Source: a virus. Taken from it: 64,000 nucleotides of DNA. Below are positions 27,947-38,400 of this stretch, in pieces. A model generated the notes under the pieces. The model was not told where the DNA came from and searched no databases. It saw only the letters and a program-made list of their open reading frames with translations. A program made the translations under genes and the position numbers. How positions within the stretch are numbered: the stretch's first letter is position 1; each line of letters begins with the position of its first letter. Location of the stretch: IMG/VR virus record IMGVR_UViG_3300030040_000144, positions 37,244 through 101,243 of that record. One strand, 5' to 3'.

Positions 27947-29524
27947 ATGGCTAAGAAGAAAAAAACAGAAGACGAGGTAAGACTTGCGCTTGAAGACCAT
28001 TGCTGGATCAATACTCCGGTAGCTTACACTATATATAGCAAGAGCTTTTCGCTGGTGCAGCAGGATGTGATGCTGCAAGTTAGCGGTAAGCTCCAGAGTC
28101 ACTTCTCCAAGTTCCTGAACGAGCAGCGTTATCTAAATAAAGAAGATCCTCAGAGCGGTATAGCCGCAGAAGACCTCGCAAACATAGAACCTATACGTTT
28201 GCGTTTGGCCGACCTCGGAATCAGCAGTAACCACTATGACGAGGTGGTGCAGAAAGTCAATGATATAACATCCATAACTTTTAGGCTTCCGCGTTTCGAC
28301 GTGAAAACCGGGCTGCGTAAAGGTGACGACTATATGCCTATATTCAGTAAGATTTTTATTCCTAAGAGTTTTGCCACAAAAGAAGGTAATTCTTACGGCT
28401 ATAACGGAAGCAACATAAAGACCGACGAGGAAGGCAAGGTGATAAGCGATTTCAGACGCGACGGTTTTGTGGAGGTAACTATCAATATAGAAGCTGCGAA
28501 AGCTATTTTTAACATGAACAGAGGCTATATCAACCACCTGGAGCGTATAGCGTTTTTCTGCAACTCGGTGTTTACGTCGCGGCTTTATCTGCTTTTAATG
28601 AAGTACGTCAGCAAAGGACAGATGCACCCCTCTATAGACTATGTAGAACTGAAAGACTTTCTCGGTATGTATGAAAGGCAACCAAAATCGGATGTCGTAG
28701 TGAACGAGAAATATCAGAAATTCTCTCAGTTCCGAAAGCAGGTACTGAACGTGGCACGCCGTGACATGGAGCGTCTTTGCGCCGAAAACAAGATAGAAAT
28801 AATGTTGCAGTGCACGGCGGAGTGCGAAGACGGCTATGAGCCGCTTTATAAAGGCACGGTGAAGCGTGGCAACCCTGAAAAGATACGCTTTCATATAAAG
28901 CGTACTCCGCTCGGTGTAGCACGCGAGATGGAAGTGCACAGAGGTTCATCAGAGCAGCGTCTGTGTGATAAAATAATGGAGCGTTACCCTACGCTCGACG
29001 AGCAGAGACTGATAGCTTTTGTAGCCGATGTGCCGGAAGATCTGTGGTCGGACTTCAAGAAGTACGCCTACAATGGAGTGCCCAAGGCGGTAGAAAGCCC
29101 ACATCAGTGGGACGGTACTCCCGAAGAATTTATTTTCTACATCATGGGCCAATGGGTGGATAGCCGCAAGAGAAAAGCCACTCCTGTAGCGCAGCAGCCG
29201 AATTTGTTCAGTCAGTCTGATTTTGCCGTCCCGATTCCCCTAGTTCCTGTAGTTGAAGACTACCCCGGAAAGTATGCCGAAGAATGGCAGACGTTCATGT
29301 CGCAGTACGATGGTGCATTGAAGCCGTTGCTTATGCAAGCTACGCACTATGGAGCTTCAGCAGCCGGATTCATGTCGATACGTTTTCCTGATCGGAAAAC
29401 ACTTGATGCCTTTAACGCAGAGTGCGACAAGAACAAGGCTGCATACACCGAGCTTATGGCACTTCTGTCTCAGCTTATAGGTAAAGCCGCCGCACGTGTA
29501 TTAGTGCGAGGCGTGGCCGACTGA
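27947..29524 (+). CDS. rep: Plasmid-type replication initiator (Rep)
   Basis: 525-aa ORF immediately downstream of the iteron/AT-rich origin and of parA-parG. Basic N-terminus. No contrary motif. Confidence 0.55.
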   Translation: MAKKKKTEDEVRLALEDHCWINTPVAYTIYSKSFSLVQQDVMLQVSGKLQSHFSKFLNEQRYLNKEDPQSGIAAEDLANIEPIRLRLADLGISSNHYDEVVQKVNDITSITFRLPRFDVKTGLRKGDDYMPIFSKIFIPKSFATKEGNSYGYNGSNIKTDEEGKVISDFRRDGFVEVTINIEAAKAIFNMNRGYINHLERIAFFCNSVFTSRLYLLLMKYVSKGQMHPSIDYVELKDFLGMYERQPKSDVVVNEKYQKFSQFRKQVLNVARRDMERLCAENKIEIMLQCTAECEDGYEPLYKGTVKRGNPEKIRFHIKRTPLGVAREMEVHRGSSEQRLCDKIMERYPTLDEQRLIAFVADVPEDLWSDFKKYAYNGVPKAVESPHQWDGTPEEFIFYIMGQWVDSRKRKATPVAQQPNLFSQSDFAVPIPLVPVVEDYPGKYAEEWQTFMSQYDGALKPLLMQATHYGASAAGFMSIRFPDRKTLDAFNAECDKNKAAYTELMALLSQLIGKAAARVLVRGVAD

Positions 29525-29689
29525 TGGCACCTGCCGCACCGATAAGACATTTCATATCTCAAGCATCGCCTTACCCGTAAGTATACCGGGTAGGGCGGTG
29601 CTTTTTCTGTTTCATCTCAGGCATGTCCGTGTAAGTTTATCGTCATTGCCTATATTTGCAGCATACAGATAAACCGAAATTTTAGAGTT

Positions 29690-30274
29690 ATGAGAAAATC
29701 TTACTTGATGTACGCCGTGTGCCTGACGCTTCTTTGCGGATGCGCCACAAGTCATAAGACCGTACATGGCACCATACGCGAGATGACAGACAGCCTATCC
29801 ACTGCGCGCACCGATAGCACGGCGGTATCTGCCGTAAGCATGGATAGCGTGTCGCGGTTATTCACCGCAAGCGGCACAACGAGCAATGCCGCTACCGAGA
29901 CAGGCGAAAACGAAGAAACCGTGCACGAACGCATTACCGAAACGGTAGACTCTGCTGGAGTACACATGGTAGTTACCGACCGCACTATAAAAAAACGAGG
30001 CGGTTACACTGCAAGCAGATACATGAGCGAGAGTGTAAACCTTCAGCAGCAAATAATGCAGTCGCTTATGAGCCGCATAGATAGTATGCGCCGGGCGGAA
30101 ACTGCGGAACATGCCCTACACAGCCTGAAAACCGACAGCATATCTACCGAATCCGTGCGTCAGAGCAGGGGAGAGGTGTGGACGGAGTGTCTGCGATGGC
30201 TTGTAATCGCTTTTGTGGCGGTAGGCGTGTGCTATGAGCTTGTATCGTCTAAACTGAAAAACAGAGAATCATGA
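29690..30274 (+). CDS. Lipoprotein
   Basis: MRKSYLMYAVCLTLLCGCATSH lipobox. Confidence 0.45.
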   Translation: MRKSYLMYAVCLTLLCGCATSHKTVHGTIREMTDSLSTARTDSTAVSAVSMDSVSRLFTASGTTSNAATETGENEETVHERITETVDSAGVHMVVTDRTIKKRGGYTASRYMSESVNLQQQIMQSLMSRIDSMRRAETAEHALHSLKTDSISTESVRQSRGEVWTECLRWLVIAFVAVGVCYELVSSKLKNRES

Positions 30275-30564
30275 AGCACGATAAAGACGAAATAGGAACG
30301 GAACAAGCGGAGGTAACGCTTCAAGACTTCGTTATACCTGCTAAGATAAACGCTTTCTGTAGTCAGTACGAGCCGCTCGATCACTGGACCGAAGACTGCG
30401 ATGTGTTTACTGACTATCAGCTGCGTACGTACTTCAAGGCGGTAGTATGCCCTTTGGGCGACCCATTGTCGCTCTATATAGCGGAGCTGGGCTATCGCGG
30501 CTATCGTATGAAAAACGATGAGTGCGGAGAGCCGGTAATATACGTGCGCGCCAAATTCAACTGA
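30271..30564 (+). CDS. Hypothetical protein
   Basis: 97-aa ORF overlapping the previous stop. Confidence 0.35.
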   Translation: MKHDKDEIGTEQAEVTLQDFVIPAKINAFCSQYEPLDHWTEDCDVFTDYQLRTYFKAVVCPLGDPLSLYIAELGYRGYRMKNDECGEPVIYVRAKFN

Positions 30565-30604
30565 TTGAGAAAATATAATAGTAAAAACTAAAAGAAACAG
30601 AGAC

Positions 30605-31162
30605 ATGGAAAAACCTCATTTTTTTTATAAAACGAAAGAAGACACATTAGCAGGTCAGAGCTTGCAGCAGTTTATAAACGATTGTGACGCGGCGTCGGAA
30701 ACGGCTCGCCTCTGGGCTTTGGCTCATGGAGTGGAAGTGTATTACGAATCGGCGAACGGGATGGCTGGAGGTATAGCCGCCGTAGAGTTTAGTGACGATA
30801 AACCGCATGAAGGGTGGGAGTGTATAGCCGAGCACGGCGAACAGAAATTCTTCGCCCCGGTAGCGGACTCGGATTTGGAGAAAGAGATGTACGCTCTGCC
30901 TGTAGTAAGCGAGTTTAAGCTGATAGGCATACTGAATTTTAAGCGCAGAACGAAAAGCGACGGTACGCCTTTACCTATCACCTTTGGCGACACCACGCCA
31001 CGCTTGTTTCCTTTGCAAGGCTATTGGTACATTGATGTGCCTTACGAATGTACGGCGCAAGGTTTGGAGAGTATAGATGTGAAAGAATTTACTAATGCCT
31101 GCCACATCGTTTCGTTTCATAACCTTAGAACCCAAAATCCGCAGACGGAAAATGCCTATTGA
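30605..31162 (+). CDS. Hypothetical protein
   Basis: 185-aa ORF followed by a 9-bp-stem terminator hairpin (31199-31237). Confidence 0.35.
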   Translation: MEKPHFFYKTKEDTLAGQSLQQFINDCDAASETARLWALAHGVEVYYESANGMAGGIAAVEFSDDKPHEGWECIAEHGEQKFFAPVADSDLEKEMYALPVVSEFKLIGILNFKRRTKSDGTPLPITFGDTTPRLFPLQGYWYIDVPYECTAQGLESIDVKEFTNACHIVSFHNLRTQNPQTENAY

Positions 31163-31299
31163 TGATAAAGAAGGATAGTTGATAAAAAGGAACATCCCGG
31201 CAGTGCCTTGTTGCATCGTCGGGATGTTTCTTTATAGAATGCGCATTTTTCATCCCCTAAGTCTTTAGCTTAGGGGATGAAAAATGCGGGGTAGCGTAG

Positions 31300-31707
31300 C
31301 TACCCTTGGTTCTCAAGGTATTTCTTGATGGTTTCTTGACTAACATTCCCTATGGATGAAACGAAATAACCGTCTGTCCAAAAAGTGTGTTCTTTGTAGA
31401 AATTGTGCCTGAGAAAATCACCATACTTTTTCCAAATGGCAGTAGTGGACATCTGCTTTAATCGCTTGACAATCTGTAGTGGTGACAGTTTAGGTACACT
31501 TCTGACCATCATGTGCAAGTGGTCTTTGTCCGTTTCCATAACTTCAATATCAAAGTCGGACATTTCTGATATGTTCCGCATGATATTCTTCATGTCGTGT
31601 TCGATTGCTCCGACAAGCAACTGCTTTCTGTATTTACATACGAAAATGACATGATACTTGATGAGGAATTTAGAGTGGTTCTTTGAAATGTATTCTTTCT
31701 GAATCAT
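31300..31707 (-). CDS. tnpA: IS200-like Y1 (HUH) transposase TnpA
   Basis: 135 aa. HUH motif HLHMMV and the catalytic Tyr region GYFVSS. Confidence 0.85.
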   Translation of the reverse strand: MIQKEYISKNHSKFLIKYHVIFVCKYRKQLLVGAIEHDMKNIMRNISEMSDFDIEVMETDKDHLHMMVRSVPKLSPLQIVKRLKQMSTTAIWKKYGDFLRHNFYKEHTFWTDGYFVSSIGNVSQETIKKYLENQG

Positions 31708-31742
31708 AACGTTTTCTGATTTTAAATGATTAACTTTGCATT

Positions 31743-32984
31743 ATGTTACGAACATACAAATATAGAATATATCCGACAGATGAGCAGAAGGTCTTGTTCG
31801 CAAAGACTTTCGGCTGTTGCCGCTTTGTCTATAATTGGGCTTTGAACATGAAAATCACAGCATACAAGGAGCGCAAGGAAACTCTTGGCAACGTGTATCT
31901 GACCAACTTGATGAAGAAGGAACTGAAGAGGGAATACGAATGGCTCACGGAGGTTAATTCACAGTCGTTGCAGAGCGCATTGCGCAATCTTGATACGGCT
32001 TACACAAACTTTTTCCGCAACACGAAAGGCGTTGGTTTCCCCCGTTACAAGTCGCGCAAGGACAGGCAGAGTTTTCTATGTCCCCAACATAGCCGTGTCG
32101 ATTTTTCCAAACACACAATAACCATACCAAAAGCAAAAGACATACCCGCAGTTTTGCACCGCAAGTTCAATGGTACAGTGAAGACTGTTACTATAAGCAT
32201 GACACCTTCGGGCAGATACTTTGCTTCTGTTCTTGTGGATACGGATATACAGGAAATCCCAAAGTCGGCAACGAACTCCAGTACAACCATTGGCATTGAC
32301 CTTGGCGTCAAGACTTTGGCAGTATGCTCCGACGGACGGACCTTTGACAATCCCAAGAACTTGCGCAAAGGTCAGAACCGCCTTGCGCTGTTGCAAAAGC
32401 GTCTGAGCCGTAGGCAGAAAGGCTCTTCAAACAGGAACAAGGCTCGCATAAAGGTCGCCCGTTTGCAAGAACGCATATCCAACCAACGTAAGGACAACCT
32501 TCACAAAATTACCCATACACTCACGCACGACAGCCAAGTGCGTACCATCTGCATGGAGGATTTGAATGTGAAAGGCATGACACGCAATCACCATTTGGCT
32601 CAGTCAGTGGCCGACGCTTCCTTTGGCATGTTCCTTACGATGTTGGAATACAAGTGCAAGTGGTATGGTGTGAATTTGGTAAAGATAGACCGTTTTGCCC
32701 CAAGCTCGAAGACTTGTGGCAAATGCGGCTATGTGTACAAAGGATTGAAGTTGAGCGAGCGCAGTTGGGAGTGTTCCGTTTGTGGAACACGCCACGACCG
32801 CGACTATAACGCAGCTTGCAATATCAAAGAGTTTGGCTTGAAAGCCCTACCCACGGAACGTGGGAAAGTAAAGCCTGTGGACTGCCCTCTTGTGGATGGC
32901 CGACCTCGTGTCCTAAAAAGCAATGGCAGGAAGAAGCAGGAAAAGCGAGGAGGTGCAGTATCTCCGAAGCCGCTAAGTCTTTAG
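31743..32984 (+). CDS. tnpB: TnpB (IS605 OrfB; RNA-guided RuvC-like nuclease)
   Basis: 413 aa. C-terminal CGKCGYVY...CSVCG zinc finger and a RuvC-like DNACNI segment. Its 3' end abuts the right-end hairpin, where an omega-RNA would be encoded. Confidence 0.85.
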   Translation: MLRTYKYRIYPTDEQKVLFAKTFGCCRFVYNWALNMKITAYKERKETLGNVYLTNLMKKELKREYEWLTEVNSQSLQSALRNLDTAYTNFFRNTKGVGFPRYKSRKDRQSFLCPQHSRVDFSKHTITIPKAKDIPAVLHRKFNGTVKTVTISMTPSGRYFASVLVDTDIQEIPKSATNSSTTIGIDLGVKTLAVCSDGRTFDNPKNLRKGQNRLALLQKRLSRRQKGSSNRNKARIKVARLQERISNQRKDNLHKITHTLTHDSQVRTICMEDLNVKGMTRNHHLAQSVADASFGMFLTMLEYKCKWYGVNLVKIDRFAPSSKTCGKCGYVYKGLKLSERSWECSVCGTRHDRDYNAACNIKEFGLKALPTERGKVKPVDCPLVDGRPRVLKSNGRKKQEKRGGAVSPKPLSL

Positions 32985-32996
32985 CTTAGCGGTAGT

Positions 32997-33665
32997 TCAC
33001 TTATCTGTATCAGGTTCTGCCGCTATATCTGCGCCGCAAGTATCAGGCAGTACTCTATAGTCTTTAGTCTTGCGCTCGTCAATCAGTTTTTCGGTAAGAT
33101 ACGCTATCTGTTTGCGTTGCCTTTCTATTATACTCAGCATCTCAGCTCGTTGCTCATGATGCTTTTCCTCTAGCTTTATTAACGCCAATATATCTATTTC
33201 TTTCGGAACAAAGCTTCCTTTGTCTTTGCTTTCCTTAGAAGCGTATATCGTCTCATCTTCGTGCACTTTGCTTTCAATGTCGGCTTTTTGCGTTTCTGTG
33301 TAGTATTCATTTTCGGTTTCGGTATATGATTTTTCATATCCCGGCACTTTCGACGGAATGAAGCTGACATCAGCCGGATCGAGCGGAGCACGGTTGCCGG
33401 GGTTGCGTGCCGTGACGTACCCGCCGTCGGGTTCCCATTGGTCTGATTCCTCCGGAAAAATGTAAGGTGCAGGGTCTTCCGGTTTCGCTTCGGTGTCGCA
33501 TATAAACGCCGATATTGGCACTTGAAAAGCGTTGCAGAATCTCAGCAGTGTACCAAGCGGTATCAGGCTTTTCCCTTTTTCCCATAGGCGCAGGCTGCTA
33601 TTGTTTGATGTTGAGCCGATGGCTTGCAGAATCATACTCATAGAGATACTTTTATTCTCTTCCAT
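32997..33665 (-). CDS. HTH (XRE-like) regulator of the early operon
   Basis: Start at the internal MEENKSISMSMILQAIGSTSNNSSLRLWEKGKSLIPLGTLLRFCNAFQV (HTH). Divergent from the + strand early gene block. Its stop abuts the IS605 right end. Confidence 0.45.
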   Translation of the reverse strand: MEENKSISMSMILQAIGSTSNNSSLRLWEKGKSLIPLGTLLRFCNAFQVPISAFICDTEAKPEDPAPYIFPEESDQWEPDGGYVTARNPGNRAPLDPADVSFIPSKVPGYEKSYTETENEYYTETQKADIESKVHEDETIYASKESKDKGSFVPKEIDILALIKLEEKHHEQRAEMLSIIERQRKQIAYLTEKLIDERKTKDYRVLPDTCGADIAAEPDTDK

Positions 33666-33832
33666 CCATCGCTTTAAGAATGAGTAATTAAACTTATACA
33701 ACATAGCTGATATATATTTATAGATGAAATATGTTAAATATAGTAAAATCCAAAAAAAGAAATTATAGTTCAAATATAGATTCCATATTTTAATTATTAA
33801 ATTTGCAACAAATATAGGAAATACACAAAGCA

Positions 33833-34330
33833 ATGACAAAAGAAAATATTGAAAAAATATCGGTTACGTTCGCTTTTTTTGGTATTGAAGAGATTTCGGC
33901 GGAAGAGAAGAAGCGTTTAATTGATTTTTTATCAGATAAAGGCTTTTCTTCTACTACTTTTTATCTGCGATTCTTTCAGAAAGGCTTTGCTCAGTGGGAG
34001 ATTATAGGAGTAAACGAATGTAAAAGACAGTTTTTAGCTATACCAGAAATAGCTCAGCTATTGTTGGAATACGTAGATTCTGATGCAGAAAAAGAAAACC
34101 GGGGCTATCTCTACACGTTAGCCTTGAATAATGAGGCAGGTTCTTTCTATAATAGTCTTAAACGAGTAAACAACGGCCTCTGTATGAAGTTCATTGACTT
34201 TATGCAGCAGAGAGGCATGAGCACCGGCACGGTGATAAAGAGATTCTCGTCGGACAACTGGAAGCCTTGGGAGGTGGACGGAATAACCAATTTGCTTTGT
34301 CAGTACAATGAAAAACAATCAGCATCATGA
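33833..34330 (+). CDS. Hypothetical protein (first early gene)
   Basis: 165-aa ORF. Confidence 0.35.
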   Translation: MTKENIEKISVTFAFFGIEEISAEEKKRLIDFLSDKGFSSTTFYLRFFQKGFAQWEIIGVNECKRQFLAIPEIAQLLLEYVDSDAEKENRGYLYTLALNNEAGSFYNSLKRVNNGLCMKFIDFMQQRGMSTGTVIKRFSSDNWKPWEVDGITNLLCQYNEKQSAS

Positions 34331-34992
34331 TAGATATTACTTTCGACCTTGAAACTTGCGCACGTTGTCCCAACGCTGCGGTCATGAGCATTGCAGCTCA
34401 AGTGTGGAACAGACACGCCAACGGCTCGCCGTTTACGGAATGGCATCCCGATGCCGAACCAAGATACAAGACTTTCTATTCACATATAGACTTGCGAGGC
34501 ATGTTTCTTGACGGTTTTTCGTTCGACAGTGCTACGGCGCAGTGGTGGAAGCAGCAAAGCCCCGAAGCTAAGGCGGAAGTGCTGGCAAATGATAGCGACG
34601 ACAGCCCATGTGTGCCTATAAATACCGCTATTGAAAACTTTTTCGACTGGATAAAAGACATCAGTCAAGAAACCGCCGATGAGGTTTTTTTATGGTCGCA
34701 AGGTACCGACTTCGACGTGGCTATATTACGCAATATCTGCTACCGATACCGCCTTGAGACTCCGGTGAAGTACACAAACTACAGAGACCACCGCACCTTT
34801 TTCATGGAAGGCGCTAAGACTATATGCGATGTGGCAGGTTCGGACTTCGACCCAAAACATGCTTATACGCTTGTAGACGAGTACGACGGAGAAGGAGTGC
34901 AGCATTCGCCTCTGTTCGACTGCCGTCGCAGCATATACTCTACGTGGCAGATGATGACTCATCTTAGATGCCTCGGTAAAAGTGGAGACTGA
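34327..34992 (+). CDS. DnaQ-like DEDD 3'-5' exonuclease
   Basis: Exo I IDITFDLETC, Exo II SQGTDFDVAIL, Exo III HSPLFDCRRS (DEDDh-like). Confidence 0.6.
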   Translation: MIDITFDLETCARCPNAAVMSIAAQVWNRHANGSPFTEWHPDAEPRYKTFYSHIDLRGMFLDGFSFDSATAQWWKQQSPEAKAEVLANDSDDSPCVPINTAIENFFDWIKDISQETADEVFLWSQGTDFDVAILRNICYRYRLETPVKYTNYRDHRTFFMEGAKTICDVAGSDFDPKHAYTLVDEYDGEGVQHSPLFDCRRSIYSTWQMMTHLRCLGKSGD

Positions 34993-35411
34993 TGTCATAT
35001 AAAAGTCATTTATATCGCCCCTATGTGCCTAACCGTAGCAATAAGAAAAAGTCCGGCAGACCTACGCCTCATGCTTACCTGCATCGCATAGCCTATACGG
35101 AAGTCATGCGAGGCATAAATGACGAGATTCCCGCCTTGATGTTTTACGCACCGTTCGAGTTGTTGAAAGATGCCTGCGAGCATCTGTTTAAGTTGATGAA
35201 CGGCAGGGTGGGGAATCTCATCATAAAAAACAGCCATTCATGCCGTGTAAAAAATGGCAAATGCTATTGGCGGGTAGAAGTACACATAGTAAACCTGGAC
35301 GAAGCATTGATGTCTCTGTCTGACTTTACGATGCTGCTTATTGCCCACATGAAGAATATCTGCAATTGCACAATCAAGCACTATCGGCTTGAGACGTTTC
35401 TTAACTTGTAA
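34992..35411 (+). CDS. Hypothetical protein
   Basis: 139-aa ORF. Confidence 0.3.
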   Translation: MSYKSHLYRPYVPNRSNKKKSGRPTPHAYLHRIAYTEVMRGINDEIPALMFYAPFELLKDACEHLFKLMNGRVGNLIIKNSHSCRVKNGKCYWRVEVHIVNLDEALMSLSDFTMLLIAHMKNICNCTIKHYRLETFLNL

Positions 35412-35444
35412 AAAGTAACTATTTAACAACATTATTTTAAAGAC

Positions 35445-38400
35445 ATGCTCTTTCACCCTATAATCAATCAGTTAGCCAATATAGACCTTACCTATTTGGT
35501 AAAGCCTGCTGATGAGCAGCACATTGAAGGACAGACGGCTTGTTTCTGTCCGTTTTGCTCAAAGAGTGCCGAAATATACGGTAGGGCTAAGAGTATGCAG
35601 ACTCCGCATTTCATTATATACAACAATGAACGTGGCGGTTTATATAATGGAGTAGGAGTAGACGATGACCGTTTGGCTATACATGGTGCGGTACACTGGA
35701 AGTGCACCGTAACCGGAAAACAGGGGTATGGGGCTATAGAACTATATGCCGCCATCCATGATATTCCCCCGTTCGGGGCTAACCTACTGCGTATATGCCG
35801 TGCGCTTACGGTAATGAAATATGGCGATACCGACGAGGTACATGCCGCTTTTCCTGAAGTGTTCGCACCGATGGACTACCGTACATGCGCAAATCAGACC
35901 ATTGGCACGTTTCTGTTTCAGCCCAAGACCGACTTCTCGCCGCAAGAACTTGCGGCACTTGGTTGCGAGGTTACACTTCAGAAAGGTTTGCCGGTGTTCG
36001 GCTTCGGCAGCGATTTCAGTACAAAGATGCTGAACGACGATTTCCGTATATTCTCACTCCTGAATGTGACACTGCCGGATGTTCTGCGCGACGGGCAGCA
36101 TGTAAGCGAGGTAATTCACGGCACACCGTGGAATCCGCTTTTTGTTTGTTTCGCTTCTGACGAGACCGGACCGCAAGGTTCTTACGGATGTATTTTCCGC
36201 CCCGCGATAACTGCCGACCCCATTGTTTTTTCTACCGACGAAGAGCATAGCGTGCGCAAGGTGAGCAAGTGGCTCATGGGAGACAATGTATTTGTCTACG
36301 CCATGAATCACCGCGGAACCGGCAATACCGCCGTACATGCTGCTATACAGCGTTTCTGTCCCGACGAGGAATATACCATCACCAAGGAAGAGTGGGTGGA
36401 AAAAGAAGACAAGGACGGAAACCCCAAAGGCACTTTCAAGATGATAGAAACCGAGATACCGGCAGCTGAAATCAAGGCACGGAACATCGTTTTCTGCCGC
36501 ACCCCTGAGGATGCTCTTAGCGTGTACTATGCCATGCGCAGCCTGCGCCTTGACAAGAGTGATGTCGACGAGCACTTTGCGCATCACTGCTGGTATCACG
36601 TGGCTTTCGCCCTGGGTAGACGCAATTTTTGGTATATAGAGCGCGGGGAATGGCGACAGGAAAAACTCGACTTTAGCGGAGTGCAGTTTCAGAAGATGAA
36701 ACGCTTTGCGGAACGTGTAATCATGCTTTACCCAAATGATATAGCCAGCCAGCGTGATTGCGGCTCTATTGTAACCAAGTTTACGGAGCTGCATTATGCC
36801 ATGCTTCCTGAAGCTTTTCATTGCGCCTACTGTAAGCGTTGGAAATGGCTTTACGGCGGCACACCAAGGTCGGTAAGAGACTATATGTTATCGTACCGCA
36901 TGACTGTTGATGATAACTTCCGTTTCGATCACGACATACGCATACCGCTTTACTCGCGTCTGCGCGGAGCGAAAGATGCCGATCCGTTCGAGATAGAATA
37001 CCCTCGCGACCCCCGAAGCGGTAAGCCTAAAGCGCCCACATGCAAGGTGTCGCCTACTAAGGTATGGCTCTTTATGACCGCACACGGTTATTACCGCATG
37101 ATAGACCCCGAGAGTACCGACCTTGTAGGACAGTTCATCCACCTCGACCGTTGTTTTGTAGAGTATATAGATGCAAAGAGTATCATGCAGGCGGTAAAAA
37201 CTCTGCTCATGCAGTACATAGAGCAGAGCTGGCGACACTCTGACAATGAGCGCCGCCTGATGTCGGACTGCGCGAACCTTATAGACAAGACATTCACGGA
37301 AAAATCGGCTGGCGGCTTGCAGGGCATGGTAATAAACTTTGCCGATGCCTTTAATGCGAAGACGGAATATTTTTACTTCCGCAACGTAGCACTAAAGATA
37401 ACGCCCGACAGCATCCGCGCCGTGTCTTACGATGATATAAACTTCTTCATCCCGTCTCTCGCCAAGAAACCGTACGATTTTACCATGCGTCAGTTCAAAA
37501 CGCCGTTCGCCATTTTTGAGCGACCGGAGTACCGTGAGCGTCTTGATGCGATAAACAAGAAAGAGGCGATGAGAAACGAAGACGGATCTCCGGCTTATTC
37601 TTACGACGAGATTAAGCAACTGCGCGGCGAGCTTATGGAGTGGGCCCAGACTTACCGTTGGGATGTGGATTGGTTTGGCCAGAGCGAACAAGACCTTTGG
37701 CCGATACTGCGTATAGTGCGTGGCTTCTCTAATGTGTTGTGGGAACGCGAGAAAGAGGCGCAGCGAAACAAAGAACCTCTTACTGCCGAAGAGAAAGCCA
37801 TAATGAATGCGCACTTTGCCAATATGCTTTCATGTATAGGCCGCTTGTGCTTTCGCTCATGGGAAGGAATGCAGAATATTGCTCCCTATCTGCTTGAAGA
37901 CAACATAGCCGATGAAAAACAAGCAGCGGGAGGTAGCGGAAAATCGGTGTTGGTAAATACCGTGGTAGGTGCGGCGGTGAATGTACTATCAGTAGACATG
38001 AAAGATTTCATGATAGTAACCGATGCAAAATTTTCATTGACAGACCTTTTGCTTTATCCTGGCAAATACCGCGTGGTACATTGGGAAGATAAACAGAAGA
38101 GCTTTCCTATGAACTACTTCTACAATAAGGTCACTAAAGGGACCAAGGTTGAAAAAAAGTTTGGTGACCCGATAAATCTGAAGATGAACGAATCACCTAT
38201 TCACGCGATAACGAGTAATAGCCCGTTGAGCGATGACGACCCGTCTACGTTAGGCCGTTTTCCGTTGGTAAGTTTCTCCGACCGCTTTGCGCGAGAGAAT
38301 CAGCAGAAAAGACAACCTGCGCGTTCGCCGGCAGAACTGATGAAGCATTTCGATCCAAACCCTGAAAAGCTTACCGATACCGATCGCAATCAGGCTATTT

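Larger units (their letters stand above)
31236..33000. mobile_element. IS200/IS605-family insertion sequence (IS605 group: divergent tnpA and tnpB)
   Basis: A 19-bp perfect-stem hairpin gcatttttcatcccctaag/tctttag/cttaggggatgaaaaatgc at 31243-31287. A matching hairpin ccgctaag/tctttag/cttagcgg at 32970-32992. Both have the same loop and stem core, and they bracket tnpA and tnpB. Confidence 0.8.
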
